Source: an uncultured bacterium
Lineage (GTDB): Bacteria > Patescibacteriota > Minisyncoccia > Phycocordibacterales > UBA9973
DNA length: 43,339 bases
Assembly: GCA_903907175.1 (NCBI GenBank)
Contig: CAIVNB010000026.1
Location: 1-43,339, forward strand
Direction: 5' to 3'
A program made the translations under genes and the position numbers. Shown piece by piece: positions 9,088-17,950 of the stretch. Numbering within the stretch: the stretch's first letter is position 1; every line of letters starts with the position of its first letter. The notes under the pieces were generated by a model that saw only the letters and a program-made list of their open reading frames with translations, made no database searches and was not told the origin of the DNA.

Positions 9088-10503
9088 TTAAACAAGTAAA
9101 GGTTCCCAGTAACCTGATTTTTCAGAGTATCTAACATCGGCACCTTCTCTAGGTATCATATCTAGTAAGTCCTCTTTGTATTTTCCAACAGGGTCTTTTA
9201 TTAGGAATAAATTGACTCCACCTGAAGAAATCATCAATCTGTAAACAAAGTAGTTGAGTCGCAAAGTATTCGCTGAACTCCATTCACTAGGTGTCATATG
9301 GAAAGAATTAGAAGCTAATTTACCTCTACTAATAGTAGTCTTAACTTCTATGTATCTTCTTAAATCTCCTTCTCCATCATAGGAGCTAATATCATAGCCC
9401 ACAGCAAATGTTTCTGGTATCTTTTTGATTAAATGAAGCACATCATTTCTATCAAGTTTGATAAGTCTTACCTTTTCGTGCTCAATTACTACAGACTCTC
9501 CAACATCTCCAATTTCTTTTGTCTTTATACCCTGAGCTGACTCAATACTAGTTTGTAGTTTTGATAAGATTTGTTTAAGGAAATCCATACTTGGTGTTTC
9601 TTCTTCAGAACCTTCAATAATAGAAAGTATGTTTGCCTGAAAGATTGAAGTATCAAGTTTATTATTTACATAATGAAACCATAAATCCTGAGAGCTTGTA
9701 ACCATAGTAAGGGTTCTAATTTCTTCTCTGTAAATAGCTTCATATGGCTCAAAGTAAGAAGCACTTGAGTTAATGTAAGCCTGTATTGTTTCAAGGTTTA
9801 CAAGGTTTGGATAGTAGTTGTAATTAGGTCTTAGTGTTACTAGGTCTCCAAGCTCCATATAATCTAGAATATCTCCTGCATATCTAGTTATATCACCTCC
9901 TTGGTCATATTGAACATTGTTTTTTCTATTTTCGATTATGAGTGTCGCTGTTTTTTGAGGAGTCTGATTGTCTCTTGTTACTCTTAAGTCATTAAATATG
10001 CAGTGCGTTGCTTCAGCTTTTGATATACCAAACTTTTCGTTATTCGTTATTTTCCTACCTTCCATTAAAACAGATAGAATATAACTTGCTGGCTTAAACT
10101 TTATACCTGCTTTTATATATTCAAGTGTTTCAACTGGTTTAAGGTGTCCACCAGGATACTGAAAGTAATATAAAAAATATCTAAAGAACTCAACAAGGTC
10201 TTGAGATTGAGAGAGTAATAATGACATTTGACTCGGTTTTGATAAATCGCCATCATATTCAACTAGTCCAAATAATGCAGATATTTCCGTTCGCCAATTG
10301 TTGATAGTTTTTAATGCTCTAGTACTATTCCCTGGATACAATTTAATAATTGTATTAAGTTTTTCCTTAAACACTACGTGTTCACTTGGCTGTATTTTAG
10401 CTATTTCATTAGCCATAAAATAGAGAACATCCTCTACATTATTTTTGAAGCGTGGTCTTATGTGGTGTATTCGGAAATAGTATTCCTCTGGTATTTTATA
10501 CAT
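9088..10503 (-). CDS. Putative restriction endonuclease with C-terminal DUF3883/NOV-C-like PD-(D/E)xK domain
   Basis: GDVGE, GYDISS, YIEVKTT, MTPSEW; lies between two C5 MTases. Confidence 0.75.
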   Translation of the reverse strand: MYKIPEEYYFRIHHIRPRFKNNVEDVLYFMANEIAKIQPSEHVVFKEKLNTIIKLYPGNSTRALKTINNWRTEISALFGLVEYDGDLSKPSQMSLLLSQSQDLVEFFRYFLYYFQYPGGHLKPVETLEYIKAGIKFKPASYILSVLMEGRKITNNEKFGISKAEATHCIFNDLRVTRDNQTPQKTATLIIENRKNNVQYDQGGDITRYAGDILDYMELGDLVTLRPNYNYYPNLVNLETIQAYINSSASYFEPYEAIYREEIRTLTMVTSSQDLWFHYVNNKLDTSIFQANILSIIEGSEEETPSMDFLKQILSKLQTSIESAQGIKTKEIGDVGESVVIEHEKVRLIKLDRNDVLHLIKKIPETFAVGYDISSYDGEGDLRRYIEVKTTISRGKLASNSFHMTPSEWSSANTLRLNYFVYRLMISSGGVNLFLIKDPVGKYKEDLLDMIPREGADVRYSEKSGYWEPLLV

Positions 10504-10511
10504 ATTTTTTT

Positions 10512-11564
10512 CTAGTTAAATAGTTTAAGGATATTTTTACCTATAGCTTCTGCTAATAATGGAGGAACAGCATTCCCAACTTGCTTATACTGACTGGTTT
10601 TTGAACCAAGAAAAATAAAACCATCAGGAAAAGATTGCAATCTCGCTGACTCTCTGACCGTAGGCACACGATTATATTTATAATGAAAATGATGACGATG
10701 ACCAGTATCAATGGTTGGGCTCGGTTTTGTGCTATTAAATCTAGTCCACGCAATGTTCACCTTACGAGAGTTCTTATATTTTTCTGGTAAATCTTTATAG
10801 TTACCTCCATCAGGGACCAAAGAAATAATATCAATTGTTTTTTGGTCGTGAGAGGTAATTTTATGGTTGTATATCTTTGAGTTAATAGCCCGCATATTCT
10901 TTTGATATTTAGACAATGGTTTTTTAACTAACAATGTTCCATCTTCTAAATCCTTGTCGGGTAAATCAGAAATTGCATCAGCTGTAGTCACCTTGTCTTT
11001 ATTGTTACTAAATAGTGTTTCAGGAAATACAAAATTATTTTTCTCCTTAACACCTACAAAAATAACACGCTTCCTATTTTGAGGAACTCCATAGTCCGAG
11101 GCTAGTAAAACTTTGTATTTAACTTCATAGCCTAATTTCTCAAAATCTTTAATGATTTCGCTTTTTATTTTCCCTTCACCTATAGAAACAAGGTTGGGTA
11201 CATTTTCTAAAACAAATACCTTTGGGTTGAACGCTTTAACAATTTTTACAAAACCTTTGTATAAACTATTTCTGGGGTCGTTCAAATCTCTATTCCCTGA
11301 AATTGAAAAACCTTGACAAGGTGGACCACCAACAACAACATCTACACTACCTATGTCTTTTTTTATTTTATTTATATCAGGATTTCCTAAATCAAGGTTA
11401 AATGCCTTAGCATTTTTATGATTTTCTTGAAATGTTTTTAGGGCATCATCCCAATTATCAATTCCTGCAACAATCTCAAATCCAACACTTTCAAAACCAA
11501 ATGATAATCCGCCACATCCTGAGAATAAATCTAATACTTTAATTTTTTTATGTTTAGCACTCAT
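10512..11564 (-). CDS. DNA (cytosine-5)-methyltransferase (M1)
   Basis: DLFSGCGG, GGPPCQ, ENVP, PQNRKR, RLQSFPD, GNAVPP. Confidence 0.95.
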   Translation of the reverse strand: MSAKHKKIKVLDLFSGCGGLSFGFESVGFEIVAGIDNWDDALKTFQENHKNAKAFNLDLGNPDINKIKKDIGSVDVVVGGPPCQGFSISGNRDLNDPRNSLYKGFVKIVKAFNPKVFVLENVPNLVSIGEGKIKSEIIKDFEKLGYEVKYKVLLASDYGVPQNRKRVIFVGVKEKNNFVFPETLFSNNKDKVTTADAISDLPDKDLEDGTLLVKKPLSKYQKNMRAINSKIYNHKITSHDQKTIDIISLVPDGGNYKDLPEKYKNSRKVNIAWTRFNSTKPSPTIDTGHRHHFHYKYNRVPTVRESARLQSFPDGFIFLGSKTSQYKQVGNAVPPLLAEAIGKNILKLFN

Positions 11565-11568
11565 TTTA

Positions 11569-11745
11569 TTATTTAGAAATACAATGTTTCAGAAACCTTT
11601 CAAACTCACTTTTCTCAATCCGAAACTCACGACCTAACTTATATGCTTTCAAGCGACCAGCTTTGATATAGCGGTAAATTGTCATAATGTTTACCTCTAA
11701 TTGTTCTGCAAGGTCTTCTGCTTTATAAAATGGTTTGTCTTTCAT
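11569..11745 (-). CDS. Excisionase-family HTH protein (HTH_17-like), 58 aa, absent from ORF track
   Basis: Manual translation MKDKPFYKAEDLAEQLEVNIMTIYRYIKAGRLKAYKLGREFRIEKSEFERFLKHCISK. Confidence 0.85.
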   Translation of the reverse strand: MKDKPFYKAEDLAEQLEVNIMTIYRYIKAGRLKAYKLGREFRIEKSEFERFLKHCISK

Positions 11746-11802
11746 ATTTAATATCTTCGTTTACCTAATAATTATACTTTACAACGCTTTACATAGCAAT
11801 TC

Positions 11803-12921
11803 TTAATCAGTGGACATCTTTTTACGCTTATACGGCTTGTATTCGTCAAGTTGCTTATCTAATTGAGTAACCCAATCTCGGAGCTTATTCTTGGTTATAA
11901 GCTCACTAGCTTGTTGCATATCCTTTGCAGTTCTATACCAAGTTCTATCGTGGGACCGCTTTGCTATAATAGTTCGCAGTTGTCGCATTCCATTCTCGTC
12001 TTTTGCGAGCATAAATAATCCGAGTAAGTATATTGCTTGTTTTGGTTTTAATTTCTTATCTGCTAAAAATAATGTTCGCAGTATGTCTTTAATACTTATT
12101 GAGATAGAAAATAATCCGAGATTGCGTTCCTTGATAAGTTTTTTCCAGTAATCATTAACAACCTTTTTACTCATCCCTGTATTAAATACTTGTCTAAAAA
12201 CTGGATTTTTTTCATAACCCAAGTCTTCAAGGACCTTATTCATTTTTTGTTTTTGATTTAATCTAATCTCAAATCTTATTATCTCTTGAAGTTCATTTTC
12301 TTTATTCAGTTCGGAGAATAAACTTCTTTGATACAAGGTCTGGTCTTTGTCTATTGCTCGTTTTTTATCTTTTCTTAAATCAGCAATTTTGTCATAAATA
12401 ACAAGTTCGTGACAGCTAGTATGAGCATATAAACTTTGTCCGTCATTCATAAATCTTGTTTTGGCAAAATCAAAATTTTTTCTTAGGTCCACCTTATTCA
12501 TTTCTGATATTAGGTGGCTAGCAGTATATCCATCTTGGAGCAAGATATTTTTTGAGAAATGGACTGAACTTACGGATGCATTTTCAAGCACTGATTTTGT
12601 GATTATTACACCCATAGTTTTTAATCTATCTTGTAACGCTTCAATTACTTTTGGGAAGTCCTTATCTTCAAGTTCTTCTAGGTTATTAAGATATATCAGT
12701 TTGGGAACTGAAAACTCCATACGAACATTGGCATCTTGAGAAAACCTTCTTTTATATCCAGTTAAGCGAGGAAAATAATTTCCAGTTTCTTTTTCTGCCT
12801 TACTAGGATTGCGAACAAACTTTGAATACTGTTCTGTTTTTGAATATAGTTCCCAACTAGATGTCCCATAAAGGTAAGTCATCTTGTCCTTTGGAATTAA
12901 AAGGCATATTGTATCAATCAT
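11803..12921 (-). CDS. Putative rolling-circle replication initiator (Rep_trans / phage gpII-CRI-like)
   Basis: MIDT start, EFSVPK, LVIYDK, IIRFEIRL motifs; start set at MIDTICL. Confidence 0.65.
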   Translation of the reverse strand: MIDTICLLIPKDKMTYLYGTSSWELYSKTEQYSKFVRNPSKAEKETGNYFPRLTGYKRRFSQDANVRMEFSVPKLIYLNNLEELEDKDFPKVIEALQDRLKTMGVIITKSVLENASVSSVHFSKNILLQDGYTASHLISEMNKVDLRKNFDFAKTRFMNDGQSLYAHTSCHELVIYDKIADLRKDKKRAIDKDQTLYQRSLFSELNKENELQEIIRFEIRLNQKQKMNKVLEDLGYEKNPVFRQVFNTGMSKKVVNDYWKKLIKERNLGLFSISISIKDILRTLFLADKKLKPKQAIYLLGLFMLAKDENGMRQLRTIIAKRSHDRTWYRTAKDMQQASELITKNKLRDWVTQLDKQLDEYKPYKRKKMSTD

Positions 12922-13081
12922 TGTTTTGTGTTTTTCTAATCTGATAAAGTTCAGGATTTTGTTTTTTATCTTCCTGTATAAGCCAAGCAAAAGCACCGAC
13001 CAGTTTCTTCTTGTCTTCAAGAGGGAGGTTGTTTATTTTGAAACTTTTTATAGTTTCTTTTATTGAGACAATATCCTGCAT
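12914..13081 (-). CDS. Small hypothetical protein, 55 aa, overlapping rep start; absent from ORF track
   Basis: MQDIVSIKETIKSFKINNLPLEDKKKLVGAFAWLIQEDKKQNPELYQIRKTQNND*; stop overlaps rep ATG region. Confidence 0.6.
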   Translation of the reverse strand: MQDIVSIKETIKSFKINNLPLEDKKKLVGAFAWLIQEDKKQNPELYQIRKTQNND

Positions 13082-13165
13082 AGAAAACCCCTAAGGGTTA
13101 TCTTAAGGGTATTCTTTACGCAATAATTAAAATAAGTATTTTATGTAGTACAGAAAATTTATGTG

Positions 13166-13870
13166 CTACAGTTCTTTTCTCTTCCTCTTTTCTAACGATA
13201 TTATTTTACCAATATAGCCATAGTCTATAATATTATTACTTCCAAATTTATCTCCTATAAGTCTCATTATTTCTTTCCTTGGAAGTTTTCTGTTTTCGTA
13301 TATGAAATCATTTCTTTTTTCTATTATAGTTTTTTTGTTTTTAACCTTACCTAAAGTTGTTTTCTTTTGATTAGCTTTTTGAAAAGGTTCTATCGAAAAG
13401 CGATATAATTTTTCTACATAGTTTAGTATATCTCTTTTGGATGCATAAGGACTTATTCTAATAACTACAGGAAATTGTTCTTCTGTATAAGGATTATGAC
13501 CCGATATGAGACTTTCTTTTGTGTCTATAATATCTTCAGTAAATAACATGTTTCCTATATCATTTTCACTAAATTCATCTCTTAATATATATAAAACTAT
13601 AAAATTCAAGCACTCAAATTCTAAATGATATTTATTTAATAGCTCAAGAGCTTCTTCTTCTATTCCATTAGGAAAAGACAGTGATTTTTCTTCTTTATTT
13701 TTATTAACATCAATGTTATATTTTTTTCTTATCTTCAGGATACTCTCTTTGAAGGGTTCTTCTTTGAGTATTTCTTTTATGTAATTAACTAGTTTCTTGT
13801 GTCCTGTAGTACTTTTGAGTAAAGTGAGTATTTCTTCAATAGATAGTTTCTTATTAATATTTTTCTTCAT
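13166..13870 (-). CDS. Hypothetical protein (basic C-terminus, possible HTH)
   Basis: 234-aa ORF co-oriented with rep; no family recognised. Confidence 0.6.
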   Translation of the reverse strand: MKKNINKKLSIEEILTLLKSTTGHKKLVNYIKEILKEEPFKESILKIRKKYNIDVNKNKEEKSLSFPNGIEEEALELLNKYHLEFECLNFIVLYILRDEFSENDIGNMLFTEDIIDTKESLISGHNPYTEEQFPVVIRISPYASKRDILNYVEKLYRFSIEPFQKANQKKTTLGKVKNKKTIIEKRNDFIYENRKLPRKEIMRLIGDKFGSNNIIDYGYIGKIISLEKRKRKEL

Positions 13871-13947
13871 TCATATACTTTACTTCAGTTTACAATACTT
13901 ATCAACAGTCCTTTGATTAAAAACATATAAAAAGGTATAATCTCTAT

Positions 13948-14430
13948 ATGAGTTTAGTTGCTAAAAAAATTAACGCTTTGACCGTTGCAGAGTATTTTAT
14001 TGATAAAGCGAATAAAGAAAAAGAGGTCATAACAAACAAGAAGTTACAAAAACTTCTCTATTATTCGCAAGTTTGGTCATTGGTTCTGAATAAAGAAAAA
14101 CTTTTCTCTGAAAGGATTGAAGCGTGGGTTCACGGACCAGCAATTCCTTCGGTTTATAGAAAGTTTAAGATTTTTGAGTTCAATCCTATTAAATTAGATA
14201 CTGCTAACATTTCTTTTGGTTTTTCTAAAAAACAAGTAGATTTACTTGAAAACATTTGGTCTGTATATGGAAAATACAATGCTGAATACCTTGAAGCTCT
14301 TACACATTCTGAACTTCCTTGGCAAGAAGCAAGAAAAGAAAAATCTGCTTCTGAACCTTCAAATAATATAATTAGTTTAGCTACAGCAAAGAAGTTTTAT
14401 GCAGGAAAACTCAAGCCAAAAACTTTCTAG
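13948..14430 (+). CDS. Panacea-domain (DUF4065/SocA/GepA-like) antitoxin
   Basis: ITNKLQKLLYY-like motif (ITNKKLQKLLYYSQ), IEAWVHGP, LEALTHSELPW. Confidence 0.88.
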   Translation: MSLVAKKINALTVAEYFIDKANKEKEVITNKKLQKLLYYSQVWSLVLNKEKLFSERIEAWVHGPAIPSVYRKFKIFEFNPIKLDTANISFGFSKKQVDLLENIWSVYGKYNAEYLEALTHSELPWQEARKEKSASEPSNNIISLATAKKFYAGKLKPKTF

Positions 14431-14833
14431 CGATGTAGCTGAGCTCACAACAGGTCAAGAAAAAATCTCTCCGATTGTTGCGATTTCAGATGCACTTAAA
14501 GATTACGAAAACAAAAGGGTTGTTTTTAGTTTTGAGATTTATAATTGCAATCAATGCGAAATTGCTAAATTAGATAAAACAGAAGCAAAAAAACTTACAA
14601 AAGAATTAAAAAAAATATCTTCAACTCTAACTAAGCACTTTAGGCATCAAGATACTTCTTGTATTGCCTGTAAGCCAATTCATAATTCTGGCAGTTACTC
14701 TGTTCTTTTTGATGGTATTCCAGAAGATACTGATATGTTAGAAGTAGATTATTCTGGGGCAGGCAGAGTGTTTGGCTATATAGTTAATAACATTTTTAAT
14801 ATAGTTGCAATTGGTAAGAAACATAAACAATAA
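14399..14833 (+). CDS. Putative cognate toxin (possible RelE-like fold)
   Basis: Overlaps the Panacea gene; C-terminal GRVFGYIVNNIFNIV beta pattern. Confidence 0.55.
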   Translation: MQENSSQKLSSDVAELTTGQEKISPIVAISDALKDYENKRVVFSFEIYNCNQCEIAKLDKTEAKKLTKELKKISSTLTKHFRHQDTSCIACKPIHNSGSYSVLFDGIPEDTDMLEVDYSGAGRVFGYIVNNIFNIVAIGKKHKQ

Positions 14834-14898
14834 AACTTAGTTTTTTGTAGCTGAAAAAGCTTTTGAATACTTTACTTTAATTCACAGTATACTACAAT

Positions 14899-15588
14899 AT
14901 GAATATGGAAAATAAAAAAACAACTAGCTATCTAAACACTAAAGGGTGGTATAGACTTTTGAAGGTAATTTTTGGTATAGGTTTTATAATTGTATTAGTT
15001 ATATTTAATTTTGTTGCTTTTTCTGGCGGGATTAAAAAGGTGGAGCAAAACCAAACAACAATACACTGTAATATAAAAGACAAACAAACTTTTACTGCTC
15101 AAAGCTTAAATATCTCCTTTAGTAATAATGATTTTCCAAATGGTCAATTTGATTATAAAAAGTTTTTTGGAGGATTTAATGATTACACTATAAAAAGTAT
15201 TCTGACTGCTTGTAATCCAAAAGTATTTACGGGTCAAAAAGTTGACGATGTTTACGATGTCCAAAAGGGATATGAAATCTTAAATAAAGCTGATGTTTTA
15301 TCTATTCCTATATCCAATGACAATCAAAGTGTAAGAGATAGTGCAGTAAATACTGCTATGGATAAAGATTATTTACCTTATAAAAATCAAACAAGTAACT
15401 TATTTGGGAGTAGCAAGATGGCTTATTTAGATTTTTCTTTCAAAATCTTTGATATAACACCAGTATTTACTTACAACAGCTTTTTAGAACTTTTCTTTAT
15501 CGGCAACATAGTAATTTTACTTATCTTTGAAGCAATAAGGAGGATTTTTTATTATATAGTTTTAGGAAAAATAAACCCTGAAAAATAA
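14899..15588 (+). CDS. Hypothetical membrane protein (two TM segments with extracellular loop)
   Basis: N-terminal WYRLLKV + TM; C-terminal TM + FEAIRRIFYYIVLG. Confidence 0.7.
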   Translation: MNMENKKTTSYLNTKGWYRLLKVIFGIGFIIVLVIFNFVAFSGGIKKVEQNQTTIHCNIKDKQTFTAQSLNISFSNNDFPNGQFDYKKFFGGFNDYTIKSILTACNPKVFTGQKVDDVYDVQKGYEILNKADVLSIPISNDNQSVRDSAVNTAMDKDYLPYKNQTSNLFGSSKMAYLDFSFKIFDITPVFTYNSFLELFFIGNIVILLIFEAIRRIFYYIVLGKINPEK

Positions 15589-15591
15589 TAT

Positions 15592-15858
15592 ATGGGAAAA
15601 CAAAATAAATCATTATTCAAAAACCCTGTTTTAATAATTCTAAGTGTAATAATACTTTTACTGATTATTTACTTCGGTGTTATAGTTCCTTATCAAAAAA
15701 AACAAGAAAATGTTAATCTCGGTTGGGGGGAACCTACAGAAAGTTCTTGTTTAAGTATAGCTAATAGCCACTTTAATAAAGATACTAAGCAATGTGATTG
15801 TAATCAGGGTTATGAGGTTGATTGGGCAACATTTAATTGTAAGTTATCTAACAAGTAG
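15592..15858 (+). CDS. Small membrane-anchored Cys-rich protein
   Basis: N-terminal TM; C..CDCNQGY..C pattern. Confidence 0.6.
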   Translation: MGKQNKSLFKNPVLIILSVIILLLIIYFGVIVPYQKKQENVNLGWGEPTESSCLSIANSHFNKDTKQCDCNQGYEVDWATFNCKLSNK

Positions 15859-15865
15859 TTTTTAG

Positions 15866-15976
15866 TTAGTTCTGAAGTGTAAGTGTTGGGAATAGTCCTA
15901 AAATACCACTAAACTGCAATTCGCTTTTAATACTGGTCCAATTCAAAGTTCTGAACTTGTCTACTAGAGGGAGCAC
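15866..15976 (-). other. attR candidate (J1) carrying the displaced recombinase C-terminal tail
   Basis: Minus-strand frame from GAG 15971-73 reads L-PLVDKFRTLNWTSIKSELQFSGILGLFPTLTLQN*; no start codon of its own. Confidence 0.75.
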
Positions 15977-16051
15977 CGTAGAAAACCCTTATTTCACAAG
16001 GGTTATTTTTTGGAGGTTAGTAGAAGTTCGAACCTAATGTATAATAGAAAG

Positions 16052-16291
16052 ATGAAAATAGAAGTATTGGGTTCAGGTTGTAAAACTTGTAAAAAGTTAT
16101 TTGAAATAACTCAAAAGGCAGTTAGTGAATTAGGATTAAATACAGAGGTTGAGTATATTACTGATGTTCAAAAAATTGTGGCTATGGGATTAATGCAAAG
16201 TCCAGTATTAGCGATAAACGACAAACCAGTGATGGTTGGTTTTTCTCCTGACATTGAAAAAATTAAAAAGATTATCAAGGAAAATACTTAA
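16052..16291 (+). CDS. Small thioredoxin-like redox protein (MTH895-type)
   Basis: MKIEVLGSGCKTC...MQSPVLAIN; start moved to ATG 16052. Confidence 0.85.
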   Translation: MKIEVLGSGCKTCKKLFEITQKAVSELGLNTEVEYITDVQKIVAMGLMQSPVLAINDKPVMVGFSPDIEKIKKIIKENT

Positions 16292-16300
16292 TTAAAAAAT

Positions 16301-16822
16301 TTACCTCATCATTCCTTGTCCATTTTGAATCCCATTTCCCATCATTCCTCTCTGTGGGTTATTTTTAAAATTATTTCCTTGAAGAAGTCCGTTCATCATT
16401 CCTCTCATAGGACCATATTTGAACATTATGTCGTTTAAGCCCGTCATATCTACAACGTATCCCGCGATAATAATCGCTAGAATAAAACCAGCTACTATGA
16501 TCCAAGGATTTTTTTTATACGAAAAATCGTATTGGCGAATAAGCCAAATGCCTATTACTAAACCTAATATTGCGAGTACTATAGTCCACCAAGGGAAGTT
16601 TGATATCATTTGATCAAACCTATACTGACCCATTGGTCCATGAGTACGCAATGAAAATCTTATTAATCCTACAAGAAAGGTTGAAACAACAACAGAAGAT
16701 ATTAATCCAACCAAAGTTAAAATAGAACCAATAATAAAATATATTCGAGGCTTCATTTTTGCTTTGCCTAGATGGATTTCGCTCATCACGTTTTCAGTAA
16801 TATTTTTTAATTCTTTTGACAT
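16301..16822 (-). CDS. Membrane protein, probable anti-sigma partner
   Basis: Three TM segments, Met/Gly-rich tail; overlaps ECF sigma stop. Confidence 0.6.
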   Translation of the reverse strand: MSKELKNITENVMSEIHLGKAKMKPRIYFIIGSILTLVGLISSVVVSTFLVGLIRFSLRTHGPMGQYRFDQMISNFPWWTIVLAILGLVIGIWLIRQYDFSYKKNPWIIVAGFILAIIIAGYVVDMTGLNDIMFKYGPMRGMMNGLLQGNNFKNNPQRGMMGNGIQNGQGMMR

Positions 16823-17349
16823 ATATTTTTCATTATCTTTTTAGCTCTATTAATACGGGTGGCGACGGTACCCATTGGTATTCTTAAAATGTCACTAATT
16901 TCATCATATGATTTTTCGTCTATATAATACAAAGAAAGAGGTTCAGAATATAATAAAGGAATATTTTTTAAACACTTTTCAACTTTCTCTATTGTTTCTT
17001 TTTCTTCAAAATCTTTTTCAATATCGTCATCGCTTTTAAAATCCCAATCCTCTAATAGGGGCGTTTCTTTTTGATATTTTTTAGCCAAATTTATTGCTTG
17101 ATTGTGAGCGATACGATAAATCCAACTAGAAAATTTCTTTTCAATATTAAAACTATTTAAATTGACATATGCTTTTATAAAAGATTCTTGCACTACATCA
17201 ATTGCTTTGTCCTCATTTTTAATTAAATTATTTACATAACGTACAAGTTTCTTTTGGTACCTATCAATAATAAGAGCATAGAGATCCTGGTTAGAAGTTC
17301 TCACTTTTTCTATTATCTCTTCATCTGTTAATTCTTTGTCTACGGTCAT
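16807..17349 (-). CDS. ECF RNA polymerase sigma factor
   Basis: DVVQESFIKAY, FSSWIYRIAHN, SYDEISDILRIPMGTVATRINRA. Confidence 0.93.
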   Translation of the reverse strand: MTVDKELTDEEIIEKVRTSNQDLYALIIDRYQKKLVRYVNNLIKNEDKAIDVVQESFIKAYVNLNSFNIEKKFSSWIYRIAHNQAINLAKKYQKETPLLEDWDFKSDDDIEKDFEEKETIEKVEKCLKNIPLLYSEPLSLYYIDEKSYDEISDILRIPMGTVATRINRAKKIMKNICQKN

Positions 17350-17427
17350 ATTTATATACTAGCAGTTTTTAAGTCAATACATCAAACCCCGATTTATTTC
17401 GGGGTAAGATATATTAATTATAAATTA

Positions 17428-17829
17428 TTAATTCATGCAATTACCTCTACCTGTTCCTCTTCCTGTACCATTTTTCATGCCTTGTAGAGAACCATTCTTT
17501 AATCCAAGACCAAGTTCTTGTCTGATTTTTTGAGCACCTGCGATGTCACCATTTTCAGCTAATTTATGAGCTTCAGCGAATTTTGCAAAGTTATCTTTAT
17601 TAATAACTTGTGTAACTCTACCTTGGTTCTGCATAAGTGCTTTCCATGCTGTGTAATCATTTGCCGAGAAGGCTTTTTCAATAGCAGTCTCACGTTCAAC
17701 TGAGTAGTTTGGACCTTTTACTGTGGGGTTTCCTTTGTATGCATTTGCACTACTTACAATTGCTCCAGAAATCCCTATAACTAACGCTAATGTTCCTAAT
17801 CCTAAAAGTATCTTTTTTGTTTTGTTCAT
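17428..17829 (-). CDS. Secreted hypothetical protein
   Basis: Signal peptide; Gly/Arg-rich tail. Confidence 0.7.
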   Translation of the reverse strand: MNKTKKILLGLGTLALVIGISGAIVSSANAYKGNPTVKGPNYSVERETAIEKAFSANDYTAWKALMQNQGRVTQVINKDNFAKFAEAHKLAENGDIAGAQKIRQELGLGLKNGSLQGMKNGTGRGTGRGNCMN

Positions 17830-17915
17830 TTAATTTATTCGTTTAATATTAATACTAATTCGACCCTATACCCTTAATACAAGAGGAGTGTCATTTTTCT
17901 TCCCTCGTTAACTAG

Positions 17916-17944
17916 TTGACAAAAATAACCGATGGGTATATCAT
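17916..17944 (+). promoter_or_regulatory. Sigma70 promoter, leaderless, for ArsR operon
   Basis: TTGACA 17916-21, 17-nt spacer, TATCAT 17939-44, ATG at 17951. Confidence 0.75.
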
Positions 17945-17950
17945 TCAAAT

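Larger units (their letters stand above)
6610..15974 (-). mobile_element. Integrative element at tRNA-Asn (serine recombinase, R-M, Xis-like HTH, Rep, TA), ~9.4 kb
   Basis: GAGC at 6610-6613 and 15971-15974, both with GAG as an in-frame Leu codon of the recombinase or its displaced tail; mobile and defence gene content between. Confidence 0.8.
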
